Shown: one piece after another, positions 9,196-18,115 of the stretch | Numbering within the stretch: the stretch's first letter is position 1 | Layout of the letters: the number at the start of each line of letters is the position of its first letter | NCBI GenBank assembly: GCA_965218095.1 | Contig: OZ244587.1 | Span: forward strand, 5,952,001-6,016,000 | Source: Candidatus Poribacteria bacterium | GTDB taxonomy: Bacteria > Poribacteria > WGA-4E > PCPOR2b | DNA length: 64,000 bases | Reading direction: 5' to 3' | Made by a program: the position numbers and the translations under genes | The notes under the pieces: generated by a model | What the model saw: only the letters and a program-made list of their open reading frames with translations | Told to the model about the DNA's origin: nothing | Database searches by the model: none

Positions 9196-9978
9196 CTATT
9201 TCTCCTCCCGTTTCGCTTCTTCCCAAATCAGATCCAGCCCTGCCAGATCATAGTCTTTGAAAGTTTTGCCGCGCTTTTCAAGTTCCACCTCCATTTTTTG
9301 GAAGCGGTCAATAAACTTGCGAACCGCTTTGCGCAGCGCCTCCTCCGCCTGCAGATTTAGAAAGCGGCACAGGTTCACCACTGAAAACAGCAAATCGCCA
9401 ATCTCCATCTCCATCTCCTCCGTATCCCCCTTTGCCACACTCGCTTTAATCTCCTCAATCTCCTCTTCCACCTTAGGCAGCACATCGGCAACCCTATCCC
9501 AATCGAAGCCAACGCGGGCAGCTTTGCTCTGAATCTTCTGCGCTCTCAGCAGACTCGGCAGACCGTCCACAACCCCGTCGAGGACAGATTTCCGATCTTC
9601 ATAGCCTGCTTCGCTCCGTTTGATTGCCTCCCAAATTTTAAGAACCTCCTCCGTATCGTTCACATCGACATCTCCGAAAACGTGGGGATGGCGGCGGATG
9701 AGCTTATCCGTGATGGATTGCATAACTTCGTTGATACTGAAATCCTCCTGATCTTTTGCAATTTGCGCGTGCAGCATGACCTGCATGAGGAGATCGCCAA
9801 GTTCCTCCTGCAACTTTCCCGGTTCTTTGGCATCGATCGCTTCGATCACTTCGTAGGTTTCTTCGATGAGATCTGACTTCAGTGTTTCGTGAGTCTGTGC
9901 TTTGTCCCACGGACAGCCGTTTTCACCCCTCAACGTGGCGACAACCTGGACGAGTTTATCAAATAGTTCTTTGTGCAT
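9196..9978 (-). CDS. mazG: Nucleoside triphosphate pyrophosphohydrolase MazG
   Basis: LRGENGCPWDKAQTH, EETYEV, EELGDLL, KLIRRHPHVF, GFDW, EIGDLLF. Confidence 0.95.
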   Translation of the reverse strand: MHKELFDKLVQVVATLRGENGCPWDKAQTHETLKSDLIEETYEVIEAIDAKEPGKLQEELGDLLMQVMLHAQIAKDQEDFSINEVMQSITDKLIRRHPHVFGDVDVNDTEEVLKIWEAIKRSEAGYEDRKSVLDGVVDGLPSLLRAQKIQSKAARVGFDWDRVADVLPKVEEEIEEIKASVAKGDTEEMEMEIGDLLFSVVNLCRFLNLQAEEALRKAVRKFIDRFQKMEVELEKRGKTFKDYDLAGLDLIWEEAKREEK

Positions 9979-10033
9979 GTATCCAATATCCTTTACGATT
10001 TCAGTAATACCATTTTGCAGCGGAATGGAGAGC

Positions 10034-10697
10034 TCAGAGCAACGTATCCGCCAATTCTGTGAAATCCTTGACTGTCACATCCGGCAGGTACGGCGAGTCC
10101 TCATACGGCAGCGCGTAGCGATTGACAAATGCGGCTCTGTAACCGCAAGCTCTTGCCCCCATCACGTCGAATGAATTCGCGGAGACCATCAGGCATTCGC
10201 CGACCTCAAGGCGGAGTCTGCTGATGGCAGCGTAGCGGTAGACGCCGGGGTGTGGCTTGAAGGCACCGATGTCCGTAACGGAGATCACGTCATCAAAGTC
10301 CCATTGGACGCGGTTTTTCACAAGGTGGTCAAGGAAATCCGGATCGCCGTTGGAGAGAATAACCAACTGGTATCGGGATCTGAGCCGCTCCACTGCGGAA
10401 AGGACTTCAGGAAAGGGAGATAGCTCCTGCCACGCACGCATAAAATCCTTCACCTCGTTGCTTGAGGCTTGCACGCCATTGAGGTTGAGGGTGTAAACAA
10501 ATGCGCGGCGTACTGTCTCCAGGTAGCCACTGTGACCGAGCATCATCAATGTGTCCTGATACTGCTCAATGCGCTGCCGCGCCCGCCACTGCTCCCAAAA
10601 CCGATCGGGCGATGAAAGGCGTTAGGCTGCCGCCGAGGTCGAGGATGGTACCGAACAGATCAAACGTAAGCGCCTTGACATTTGAGAATTCTTCCAT
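10034..10697 (-). pseudogene. Haloacid dehalogenase type II, frameshifted by a small internal deletion (~10605)
   Basis: ATG 10697 MEEFSNVKALTFDLFGTILD, then frame switch to DRFWEQWRARQ...; motifs LSNG, FKPHPGVY, VSANSFDVMGA. Confidence 0.8.
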
Positions 10698-11091
10698 TGA
10701 TTTTCCCTTTTCTGATAGGAGTTACGCAGTTGGTGTTAAAGTGTAAAGCGGTTGAGCCAGATAGGCACGAACCGCTTCTCCGATAATCAAGATTTTCGCT
10801 TCAAACCACTCGCAATCCTAGTCCAATATGATTGCGTTGCGCAACTCCCTTGCGAACCAGGCACTGCTCAACACCGACAAATTGATTGATGCCTCGATGG
10901 TATCGTTCGTCCCAGGCCCAATCGGTACTATGAGTGTAACTGGCAAAAGTAGCTATGTCAGGTTTCAGCATAAGATTACAACTTTATTTGTTCCTCCCTC
11001 TATTTTGGGAAATCAAATGAACCATCTCTTCGTGATGTACGAAATTTTAGCACACAAATGACTGATGGACAAGATAAAAGGAAATCTTTCA

Positions 11092-11120
11092 TTGACTGTC
11101 TAGGCAGACTATGCTATACT
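11092..11120 (+). promoter_or_regulatory. sigma70-type promoter upstream of the RidA gene
   Basis: TTGACT-N17-TATACT with extended TG. Confidence 0.65.
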
Positions 11121-11141
11121 GCATTATCAGCATCAGATTTA

Positions 11142-11266
11142 TACGACTTTTTCAGTTAGAGGTAAAAATCAGGTATATCATGCCTCCAACCGCTCCCGTC
11201 GGATTGCCAAATCCGATAGTGGGTCAGGACTTGACAATCTAGACCGAGCGAAGTGAAAAACTCGTG
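11142..11266. mobile_element. MITE (ACGAC/ACGAG-TTTTTC end family) carrying REP-like hairpins
   Basis: Ends TACGACTTTTTCA / TGAAAAACTCGTG; flanking direct repeat AGATTTA(T). Confidence 0.65.
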
Positions 11267-11300
11267 AGATTTATCGCATTTTCAGGAGGAAAGATTTGTT

Positions 11301-11762
11301 ATGCAAATAGAAAAGCGACTTGAGGAACTCGGGATTGAGTTGCCGCCGCCAGCGACACCGGCTGGGAATTATGTGACGACGGTGCAAACAGGAAATCTGG
11401 TATTTACCTCGGGGCATGGTCCCGGTAGGGGCAAGGGCAAACTTTATGAAGGTCAGGTGGGCACCGATCTGACGGTTGCGGAAGGGTATCAATCCGCAAG
11501 ACAAGTTGGGCTCTGCCTCCTCAGCACGCTCAAGAACGCCCTCGGCGATCTAGATCGAATCAAACGGATCGTAAAAGTGGTCGGCTTTGTCAATTCCGCG
11601 CTGACTTTCACCGAGCAGCCCGCCGTGGTCAACGGGGCGTCGGATCTGTTTGGGGAAGTGTTCGGCGATAAGGGTAAACACGCTCGGTCGGCTGTCGGGA
11701 TGGTGCAGTTGCCCGGCAGTATTCCGGTTGAAATCGAATTGGTTGTGGAGATTGAAGGGTAA
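11301..11762 (+). CDS. RidA/YjgF/UK114 family protein
   Basis: PAGNY, VFTSGHGP, QPAVVNGASDL, GKHARSAVG, PVEIE. Confidence 0.92.
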   Translation: MQIEKRLEELGIELPPPATPAGNYVTTVQTGNLVFTSGHGPGRGKGKLYEGQVGTDLTVAEGYQSARQVGLCLLSTLKNALGDLDRIKRIVKVVGFVNSALTFTEQPAVVNGASDLFGEVFGDKGKHARSAVGMVQLPGSIPVEIELVVEIEG

Positions 11763-11800
11763 TATCGTTAGGCATCAGGCGGTATCCTGGCCCCTAATGC

Positions 11801-13150
11801 CTAATCCCTAATAACCGCCAACACCTCATCCCGTTTTTGTTCCATTAGCGCCTTTAATTTCGCTTCAAGGTTAAGACGGAGCAGCGGTTCAGTGTTGGAG
11901 GGACGCACATTAAAGTGCCAATCGTCAAAGCTGATGGAGACGCCATCTAACCGTTCAACTTTGCCCCCTATACTAAAGATCTCCGCGATTTTTTGCATCT
12001 TGGCTTTCGGGTCCTAGGAGATGTGTGTGTTAATTTCACCGGAGATAAAATAGGTAGATTCCAAAGGCTTCAGCAGATCGGAAAGTTTCGTCCGCTTTTT
12101 GGAGAGCATCTCCATAATGACAAGAGAGGGAAGAATCCCAGAGTCTGCAAAAAAGAAATCCTTGAAATAGTAATGCCCAGTCACCTCTCCGGCGAAAACG
12201 GCGCCTTCTTTCGCCATGCGCTGTTTCATAAGGGCGTGCCCCACCCGCTCCACTAATGGCGTGCCCCCGTCGGCGGTGATAAGATCTCGCACAACCCACG
12301 AAGCGCGAACATCGTACAGGATTTTAGGGCCGGGGAATCGTTCCAAGAGGTGTCGCCCTATCAGCACCGTCATAAAATCGCCGGATACGAACTGCCCACG
12401 GTCATCAATGGCAAAGAAGCGATCCCCATCACCATCAAAGGCGAAACCGACATCAGCGCCTTGGCCGACAACACGCTGTTGTAACTCCGCCCGGTTCTCT
12501 GGTTGCAGCGGATCTAGACCGTGGTTGGGCAGACTCCCATCCGGATCCAAATACATACCTGTCAGGTCTACAGTGAGAAGACGGGCATAGATGCGTCTGA
12601 GGATGGGACCGACCATGCCGTTGCCGGTATCCGCAATCACCTTCAGTGGCGCTAAAGCGTCCACATCAATTAAGCTCAAAACCATCTCGACAAAATCTTC
12701 GGTCAGATCTTTTTCGGTCATTTTTCCCTGACGGGTTGGTTTTGCGAAATCGTCTTTTTCGACGATGTGACGCAGATCTTGAATGCCTTCGTCGCTATTG
12801 AGGAGTTGGGGCATCCGTTTCACCATTTTGAAGCCGCTGTATTGGGCGGGGTTGTGGGAGGCCGTCACCATGATGCCTGCTTGTTCGAGGGTTGCACAGG
12901 CATAGTAGTATTGATCGGTGCTGACCATGCCGATATTAATCACGTCCGTATCGCTTTCCATCAGCCCACGCGTCAGCGCATCGAATATTTGAGGACTGGA
13001 AAGACGCATGTCTCGCCCAACAATGACCTGATCAATTTTGAGAAATGTGACAAAAGCACGACCAATCGCGTAGCCAACCGCTTCGTCCAGCTGATCGGGG
13101 TAAATCCCCCGAATATCGTATGCCTTGAAGATTTCTGGATTCACTTGCAT
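11801..13150 (-). pseudogene. Phosphomannomutase/phosphoglucomutase with one in-frame TAG (12014-12016)
   Basis: FKAYDIRG, TASHNP, DGDGDR, GEVTGHYYF; the frame continues past TAG as DPKAKMQK...FNVRPSNTEPLLRLNLEA. Confidence 0.88.
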
Positions 13151-13244
13151 TTTTTAACCCCTTGAATATAGCACCCTGAGAGTCGAGAGCCAACTAACGG
13201 ATTCACTACGAACTATACAAATTATTCAGGTAGAGAGGAATACT

Positions 13245-14441
13245 ATGGCAGTTCAAGTCGTTAAACCTCGGATTCGAGGCTTCATCTGCACCAGTGCGCA
13301 CCCGGTCGGGTGTCACAAAAATGTGCAGAACCAGATTAATTATATCAAAGAAAACGTCCCAACGAAACAAACAGATCTCAACGTCCTCGTGGTCGGTGCA
13401 TCGACCGGATACGGACTCGCCTCCCGTATTGCCCTCACATGGGCTTACGGCGCGACATCAATCGGGATTTTCTATGAACGCCCGGCTGACGAGAGACGTA
13501 CCGCTACTGCGGGCTACTATAACTCGGCCGCCCTCCACCAACTGGCGCAACAGGATGGCTTTTTCGCCGAGAGCATCAACGGCGATGCCTTTTCTGATGA
13601 AATCAAGGAAGAAACAATCGATCGCATCAAACGGGGCATGGGGAAGATCAATCTGCTAGTTTATAGCATCGCGGCGCCACGGCGCATCCACCCCCGCGCA
13701 GAAGCGGAACATAATTCCGTGTTGAAGCCGATCGGTCAATCCTATACCAGCCAGACAATCGATCTGAACCGGGAGATTGTCGCCGAGACCGTCATTGAAC
13801 CGGCGAACGAAAAGGAGATTGCCGATACCGTCGCCGTGATGGGCGGGGAAGATTTGGAATTTTGGGTCAATGCGCTGCTCGCTGAGGACCTTCTCGCTCA
13901 AGAATTGACGGTGGTCACTTACTCCTACATTGGGCCTGAGGTAACATGGCCAATATATCGCAGCGGCACAATCGGCAAAGCGAAAGAGGATTTGCAAGCC
14001 CGCGTCAACGCGCTCAATGAACGCCTCGCGGATGGGCTTGGGGGACACGCTTATTTATCCATCAACAAAGCGATCACTTCACAGGCTTCAATGGCGATCC
14101 CTGTTGTTCCGCTTTACATGAGCATTCTCAATGATATTATGGACGCAAAAGGGATTAACGAAGATCCGATTGCGCAGATGGGGCGACTTTTCACGGAACA
14201 CCTGGGACCAGATCAATCCCCAACGCTCGACCCTGAGCGCCGCATCCGGCTCGATGACCGAGAACTCCGCTCCGACGTTACTGCTGAAGTGATGGAGCGA
14301 TGGCGGCAGATTAACACCGATAATTTCCGTAATCTCTCCGACTACGACGGTTTGAAGCGCCGTTTTCGCAATCTGTTCGGCTTTGAGGTTGACGGCGTCA
14401 ATTATGACGAAGCTGTGGAAACTGAGGTTAGTCTGCCATAG
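13245..14441 (+). CDS. fabV: Enoyl-ACP reductase FabV / trans-2-enoyl-CoA reductase
   Basis: KPRIRGFICTSAHPVGC, GASTGYGLASRI, INGDAFS, VMGGED, YSYIGPEVTWPIY, LFGF. Confidence 0.93.
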   Translation: MAVQVVKPRIRGFICTSAHPVGCHKNVQNQINYIKENVPTKQTDLNVLVVGASTGYGLASRIALTWAYGATSIGIFYERPADERRTATAGYYNSAALHQLAQQDGFFAESINGDAFSDEIKEETIDRIKRGMGKINLLVYSIAAPRRIHPRAEAEHNSVLKPIGQSYTSQTIDLNREIVAETVIEPANEKEIADTVAVMGGEDLEFWVNALLAEDLLAQELTVVTYSYIGPEVTWPIYRSGTIGKAKEDLQARVNALNERLADGLGGHAYLSINKAITSQASMAIPVVPLYMSILNDIMDAKGINEDPIAQMGRLFTEHLGPDQSPTLDPERRIRLDDRELRSDVTAEVMERWRQINTDNFRNLSDYDGLKRRFRNLFGFEVDGVNYDEAVETEVSLP

Positions 14442-14600
14442 GTTTACTCTGATGGGGCGGTGAATTTCAGGTGGAATTATCTTCCTTATATACACCCTCA
14501 TTGACAGCAACTTCCTCATCATCGGTAGCCTCGTACTCTCCGTAATCTCCATAAAAATTCAATTGCACCGCACTCAGTGTCACTTGAAAAAACATCACCA

Positions 14601-14737
14601 CACGAGTTTTTGTGGGTGAAGTAGAGCATGCTGCCAAGTTGCTTTGAATCCCGATCTATCGGGGCTTGTTCTTGCGATCATCCCATACACAGAACGAGCA
14701 AGCTGCACGCTCTACGATGCAAACTGAAAAAGTTGTA
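14601..14737. mobile_element. MITE (same end family as 11142) carrying a GTAG-type REP pair
   Basis: Ends CACGAGTTTTTG / TGAAAAAGTTGTA; flanks atcacca / atcacta; internal gtagagcatgc...gcacgctctac and atcccgatctatcgggg. Confidence 0.6.
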
Positions 14738-14751
14738 TCACTACCACTGAA

Positions 14752-15081
14752 TCACAGCTTCGGATTCTCCTGATGCCGCTGTCGATCCCGCTTCGTTTTC
14801 TTCTCAATTGACTTCCGAAAGGCATCCTCCAGATCTACCCTGGACTGATTCGCTAGACAGATCAGCACAAATAGCACGTCCGCCATCTCTTCCGCCAGGT
14901 CTACCGCCTTGTCCGATGCCTTAAAACTCTGGTCGCCATACCGGCGTGCCATAATCCTCGCCATTTCCCCAACCTCTTCCATCAAGATTGCGGTGTTCGT
15001 CAACTCTGAAAAATAGCTCACCCCAACCGTGTTAATCCATTCATCAACCAGCTTTTGGCAATTTTTGATCGTATATTCCAT
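14752..15081 (-). CDS. MazG-like nucleotide pyrophosphohydrolase (YpjD-like)
   Basis: YFSELTNTAILMEEVGE, YGDQSFK, EEMADVLFVLICLANQ. Confidence 0.9.
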   Translation of the reverse strand: MEYTIKNCQKLVDEWINTVGVSYFSELTNTAILMEEVGEMARIMARRYGDQSFKASDKAVDLAEEMADVLFVLICLANQSRVDLEDAFRKSIEKKTKRDRQRHQENPKL

Positions 15082-15129
15082 ACATTCACCCCGTGTCTGC
15101 GTACCAATTAAGTAATTTTCAAAAAAAAA

Positions 15130-15158
15130 CCTTGCGAAGATTTGGAACCTTCGCAAGG
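15130..15158. repeat. Palindromic REP-like hairpin; a half copy occurs at ~60217-60239
   Basis: CCTTGCGAAG-N9-CTTCGCAAGG. Confidence 0.55.
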
Positions 15159-15256
15159 ATCAAACCCTTTCTTCGAAGACCAGAAACAATCTTCCAAAGG
15201 TTTGAGTCAAGCTTTCTTGATCTCATAGAAAGAAACCCTGCACGGACTTAAAACCA

Positions 15257-16105
15257 TTAAGCCCGCCAAGATGTCCGCTTCAGCGGGTCATGGACATCAA
15301 TCGTCAGGGAAGGCCCGAGGCCTTCGATCTCCAAGCGCAGATTATCACCGTCATAGATGGGCGCCAGTGCGTGGTGATGCGTTCCGGTGGAGACGACGTC
15401 TCCTGGTTCAAGCGTCAAGACTTTTGTAACTTCCTCCAGCACTTCGGGTATGAAGCGACCCATTGAGTTGGTGGAGAAGTCGTGTCGGAGGTCATCGTTG
15501 ACCCAGAGGCGTATCCCAAGCTGGTTTGGGTCGGGGACATCATCAGCCGTGACCAGCGCTGGTCCCATCGGAGCAAAAGTGTGCCAGCTTTTCCCCAGGA
15601 AAAAGCCGCCGGGAAGGCCGCGGGCTGAAACGTCTATGAATTGGGTATAGCCGAAAACGTGATCCATCGCTTCAGCTTGTGAAACGTGGGTGGCAGTTTT
15701 GCCGATGACCACGCTCAACTCCGGTTCAAAGTGGAAAACAGTGACGTCTGCCGTCGGGAGTTCAACGGTGTCACCTTTGCCGATGGTTCCAGTAGGGGAC
15801 TTGAGGAAGGCGTTGAATTCCCCCCGATCCGGATATGCAGGCTCTATGTAATTGCCTGCGAGACAGACCAATTGACTAGGTCTGGGGACCGGTGGCCTGA
15901 GACGAACATTGTCGAGTGACACGCCGTCAACTCCTTCGACAGCCTGCTCGATTTTGGGCTGTAGGTCGCTCCAGTCTTTGATGAGCATTTCGATAAGTTC
16001 CTGAGGGCTATGGTAGGAAATCCCCTCCAGCGCAGATGCGACATCAACAATCTGATTACCGCTAATTACACCCAGTTGGTAGTCGTTGAAAAAGGCAAGT
16101 TTCAT
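15257..16105 (-). CDS. Fumarylacetoacetate hydrolase family protein
   Basis: FHFEPELSVVIGK, DVSAR, GKSWHTFAPMGP, LEPGDVVSTGT. Confidence 0.92.
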   Translation of the reverse strand: MKLAFFNDYQLGVISGNQIVDVASALEGISYHSPQELIEMLIKDWSDLQPKIEQAVEGVDGVSLDNVRLRPPVPRPSQLVCLAGNYIEPAYPDRGEFNAFLKSPTGTIGKGDTVELPTADVTVFHFEPELSVVIGKTATHVSQAEAMDHVFGYTQFIDVSARGLPGGFFLGKSWHTFAPMGPALVTADDVPDPNQLGIRLWVNDDLRHDFSTNSMGRFIPEVLEEVTKVLTLEPGDVVSTGTHHHALAPIYDGDNLRLEIEGLGPSLTIDVHDPLKRTSWRA

Positions 16106-16306
16106 CTTGTTCCTTCCTTTCAATCGTTCGTGATAGTGACAAGAAAATAGCCTGTTTGAATTACAGAAAGCCAACGGCGTGGCTCCTAACAGATTTCATT
16201 ATAGCACGAATCATGGGGATGTCAAGGACTTTTGTAGCGTCAATGACCCGTCTAACCAATCTTCAGGCTCCGGTCGGCCAGGGGGAGTTCGATTTTCTCA
16301 CCACCT

Positions 16307-16475
16307 CAGAGTTTTTCAGGTATCACCGGAAGCGATTGCCGGTTGAGTAGCGAAGCATATCAAAACCAAGTGAACAGACGCACAGCTTGGTCTCGATACG
16401 TCACGCCGTTTATCCCAATCTTATCGGAGCTCCTACTTGACCGGCGCAATTAGGATCTAAGTGGAAAAAGTCGTA
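16307..16475. mobile_element. MITE (same end family) carrying a third hairpin type
   Basis: Ends CAGAGTTTTTCA / GGAAAAAGTCGTA; internal gccggttgagtag...ctacttgaccggc. Confidence 0.55.
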
Positions 16476-16491
16476 TCATGTATCCTGAGAA

Positions 16492-17607
16492 CTACATGCA
16501 GAACATCGCGATCATCCGCTGGTACACACCGACGGCTTCTGAAAGCTGCGAAATCTCAATCCATTCACCGACTGTGTGCGCCTGGGCGATGTCGCCGGGG
16601 CCCAAGATCACGAGCTGAAGGTCATCTTTGAAAGCGTGTGCGTCCGTGCCGAAGGGCACCGTCCCCGGTTTCGTGGTGCCGGTGGCTTTAAGCCCCGCCT
16701 GAACAATCTCGGCATCGGGTAAGATGTAGAATGGCGCCCCTTTGCGCGCTGACACTTCAAAACCGTACTTCTCCGCCCTTTCTGTTACCATTGCAATGAC
16801 ATCGTCGCTGCGATCATTTGGCATTGACCTGAAGCCGAGGGTGCAGACCGTTTTGGCTGCGGAAACATTCGGTCTGCAGCCACCGTCATCAAGGATCATG
16901 TTGAATCCATTCGTCGGTGGATGGAATTCGTGATTCATGAACGACTCATTGGTCTTAAAGCGTTTCGCCAACTCTGCCATCTCAGCGAGAAAGGGCGCGA
17001 TGAGGAAGTTCGCCGAAATCCCCTTATCCGTGCTCGTATGCGCCGCCCGACCGTGTGCAGTCACGATGACTCGCCCGCCACCCTTGTGGGCGTAGACAGG
17101 CGTCAAGCGTGTCGGCTCTGCAATTACGCCGTGTTTGGGGCGTTCCGTGTTAAAGAGGTCTGACTCTTCCGCAACTTGGCGTGCCCCAAAACCGCTGATT
17201 TCCTCGTCCGCTGTGGCGATGATGAAGAACGGCTTCTTCAACTTAGCGGCGTCGATGGAAGCCCCTGCGACGATTGTGGCAGCCAGTGGTCCCTTCATGT
17301 CACAACTCCCACGACCGAAAAGGCGACCATCCTCGACCACTGGATCGAACGGATTCCAATCTCCCTCCAGGCCGGGGACGGTATCTGAGTGGGAGAAAAG
17401 TCCGAAACCATCGGCGCCCTCCCCTTTCTTCCCTACCAGACTCACCTTTCGCTCGCCGTTGTCATCAATGAATTCCAAACGCTCTACCTCAAATGCACAC
17501 TGCTTTAGCGTCTCTTCGAGAAGATCAGAGACCGCTGCATTACTCCGCTGGCTGACAGAGTTGATCGCCACAATATCCTTAGTCAGTTGAACGACATCAA
17601 GTTTCAT
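16492..17607 (-). CDS. M20 family metallopeptidase / acetylornithine deacetylase ArgE-like
   Basis: SHSDTVP, GRGSCDMKG, ADEE, AEPT, AHKG, GPGDIAQAH. Confidence 0.88.
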   Translation of the reverse strand: MKLDVVQLTKDIVAINSVSQRSNAAVSDLLEETLKQCAFEVERLEFIDDNGERKVSLVGKKGEGADGFGLFSHSDTVPGLEGDWNPFDPVVEDGRLFGRGSCDMKGPLAATIVAGASIDAAKLKKPFFIIATADEEISGFGARQVAEESDLFNTERPKHGVIAEPTRLTPVYAHKGGGRVIVTAHGRAAHTSTDKGISANFLIAPFLAEMAELAKRFKTNESFMNHEFHPPTNGFNMILDDGGCRPNVSAAKTVCTLGFRSMPNDRSDDVIAMVTERAEKYGFEVSARKGAPFYILPDAEIVQAGLKATGTTKPGTVPFGTDAHAFKDDLQLVILGPGDIAQAHTVGEWIEISQLSEAVGVYQRMIAMFCM

Positions 17608-17869
17608 TGAAATTAACTCCCATCTAAAATTTACTTCTTGAGAACAGGTTCTGTAATACCGACTTTTTGCAATTATCATCTTTGCAATTCCACATTTGTT
17701 TGGGCTATGCTATCATATACTCAACAGAAGATCTACAAAAAATGGCTCTACGTGGATTCAAGGGGTACGGCAACCCTCCACTCGGCTCGTGAATGATGCG
17801 TGAGTAGTGAGTGGTAGTGGGGTATTTCTCTACTTTTCTACTCCCCTACTTCCCATTCAACTTCCCTAT

Positions 17870-18045
17870 TAGTGCTTTTTGCGCCCTTTCCATTCCAGTT
17901 CTTGGCCAGCAGGGCAAAATGATAACAGTCGTTGTCAAGGAAGGACAACACATCCAAGATCTCGCGGCGGAGTATCTTAATGACGCTAACCTTTGGACAG
18001 AAATTCTTAGAGTCAATAGTTTGAGCTCCGTGAGTCAGGTCAGGG
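17870..18045 (+). pseudogene. Truncated N-terminus of an exported LysM-like protein
   Basis: VVVKEGQHIQDLAAEYLNDANLWTEILRVN resembles LysM; no continuation. Confidence 0.4.
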
Positions 18046-18115
18046 TCCTGATCTTCCTATCAGAATTGGTCGAATTTGCTGGCAACGAAACATCGTTTGA
18101 GGAGGTATTTTTTCT

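Noticed and set aside
17795-17855. Purine/pyrimidine mirrored short tandem repeats (also ~19865-19905 and ~61550-61615)
   Set aside because: Short, degenerate, hairpin-forming microsatellite-like tracts with no evidence of function beyond possible termination.
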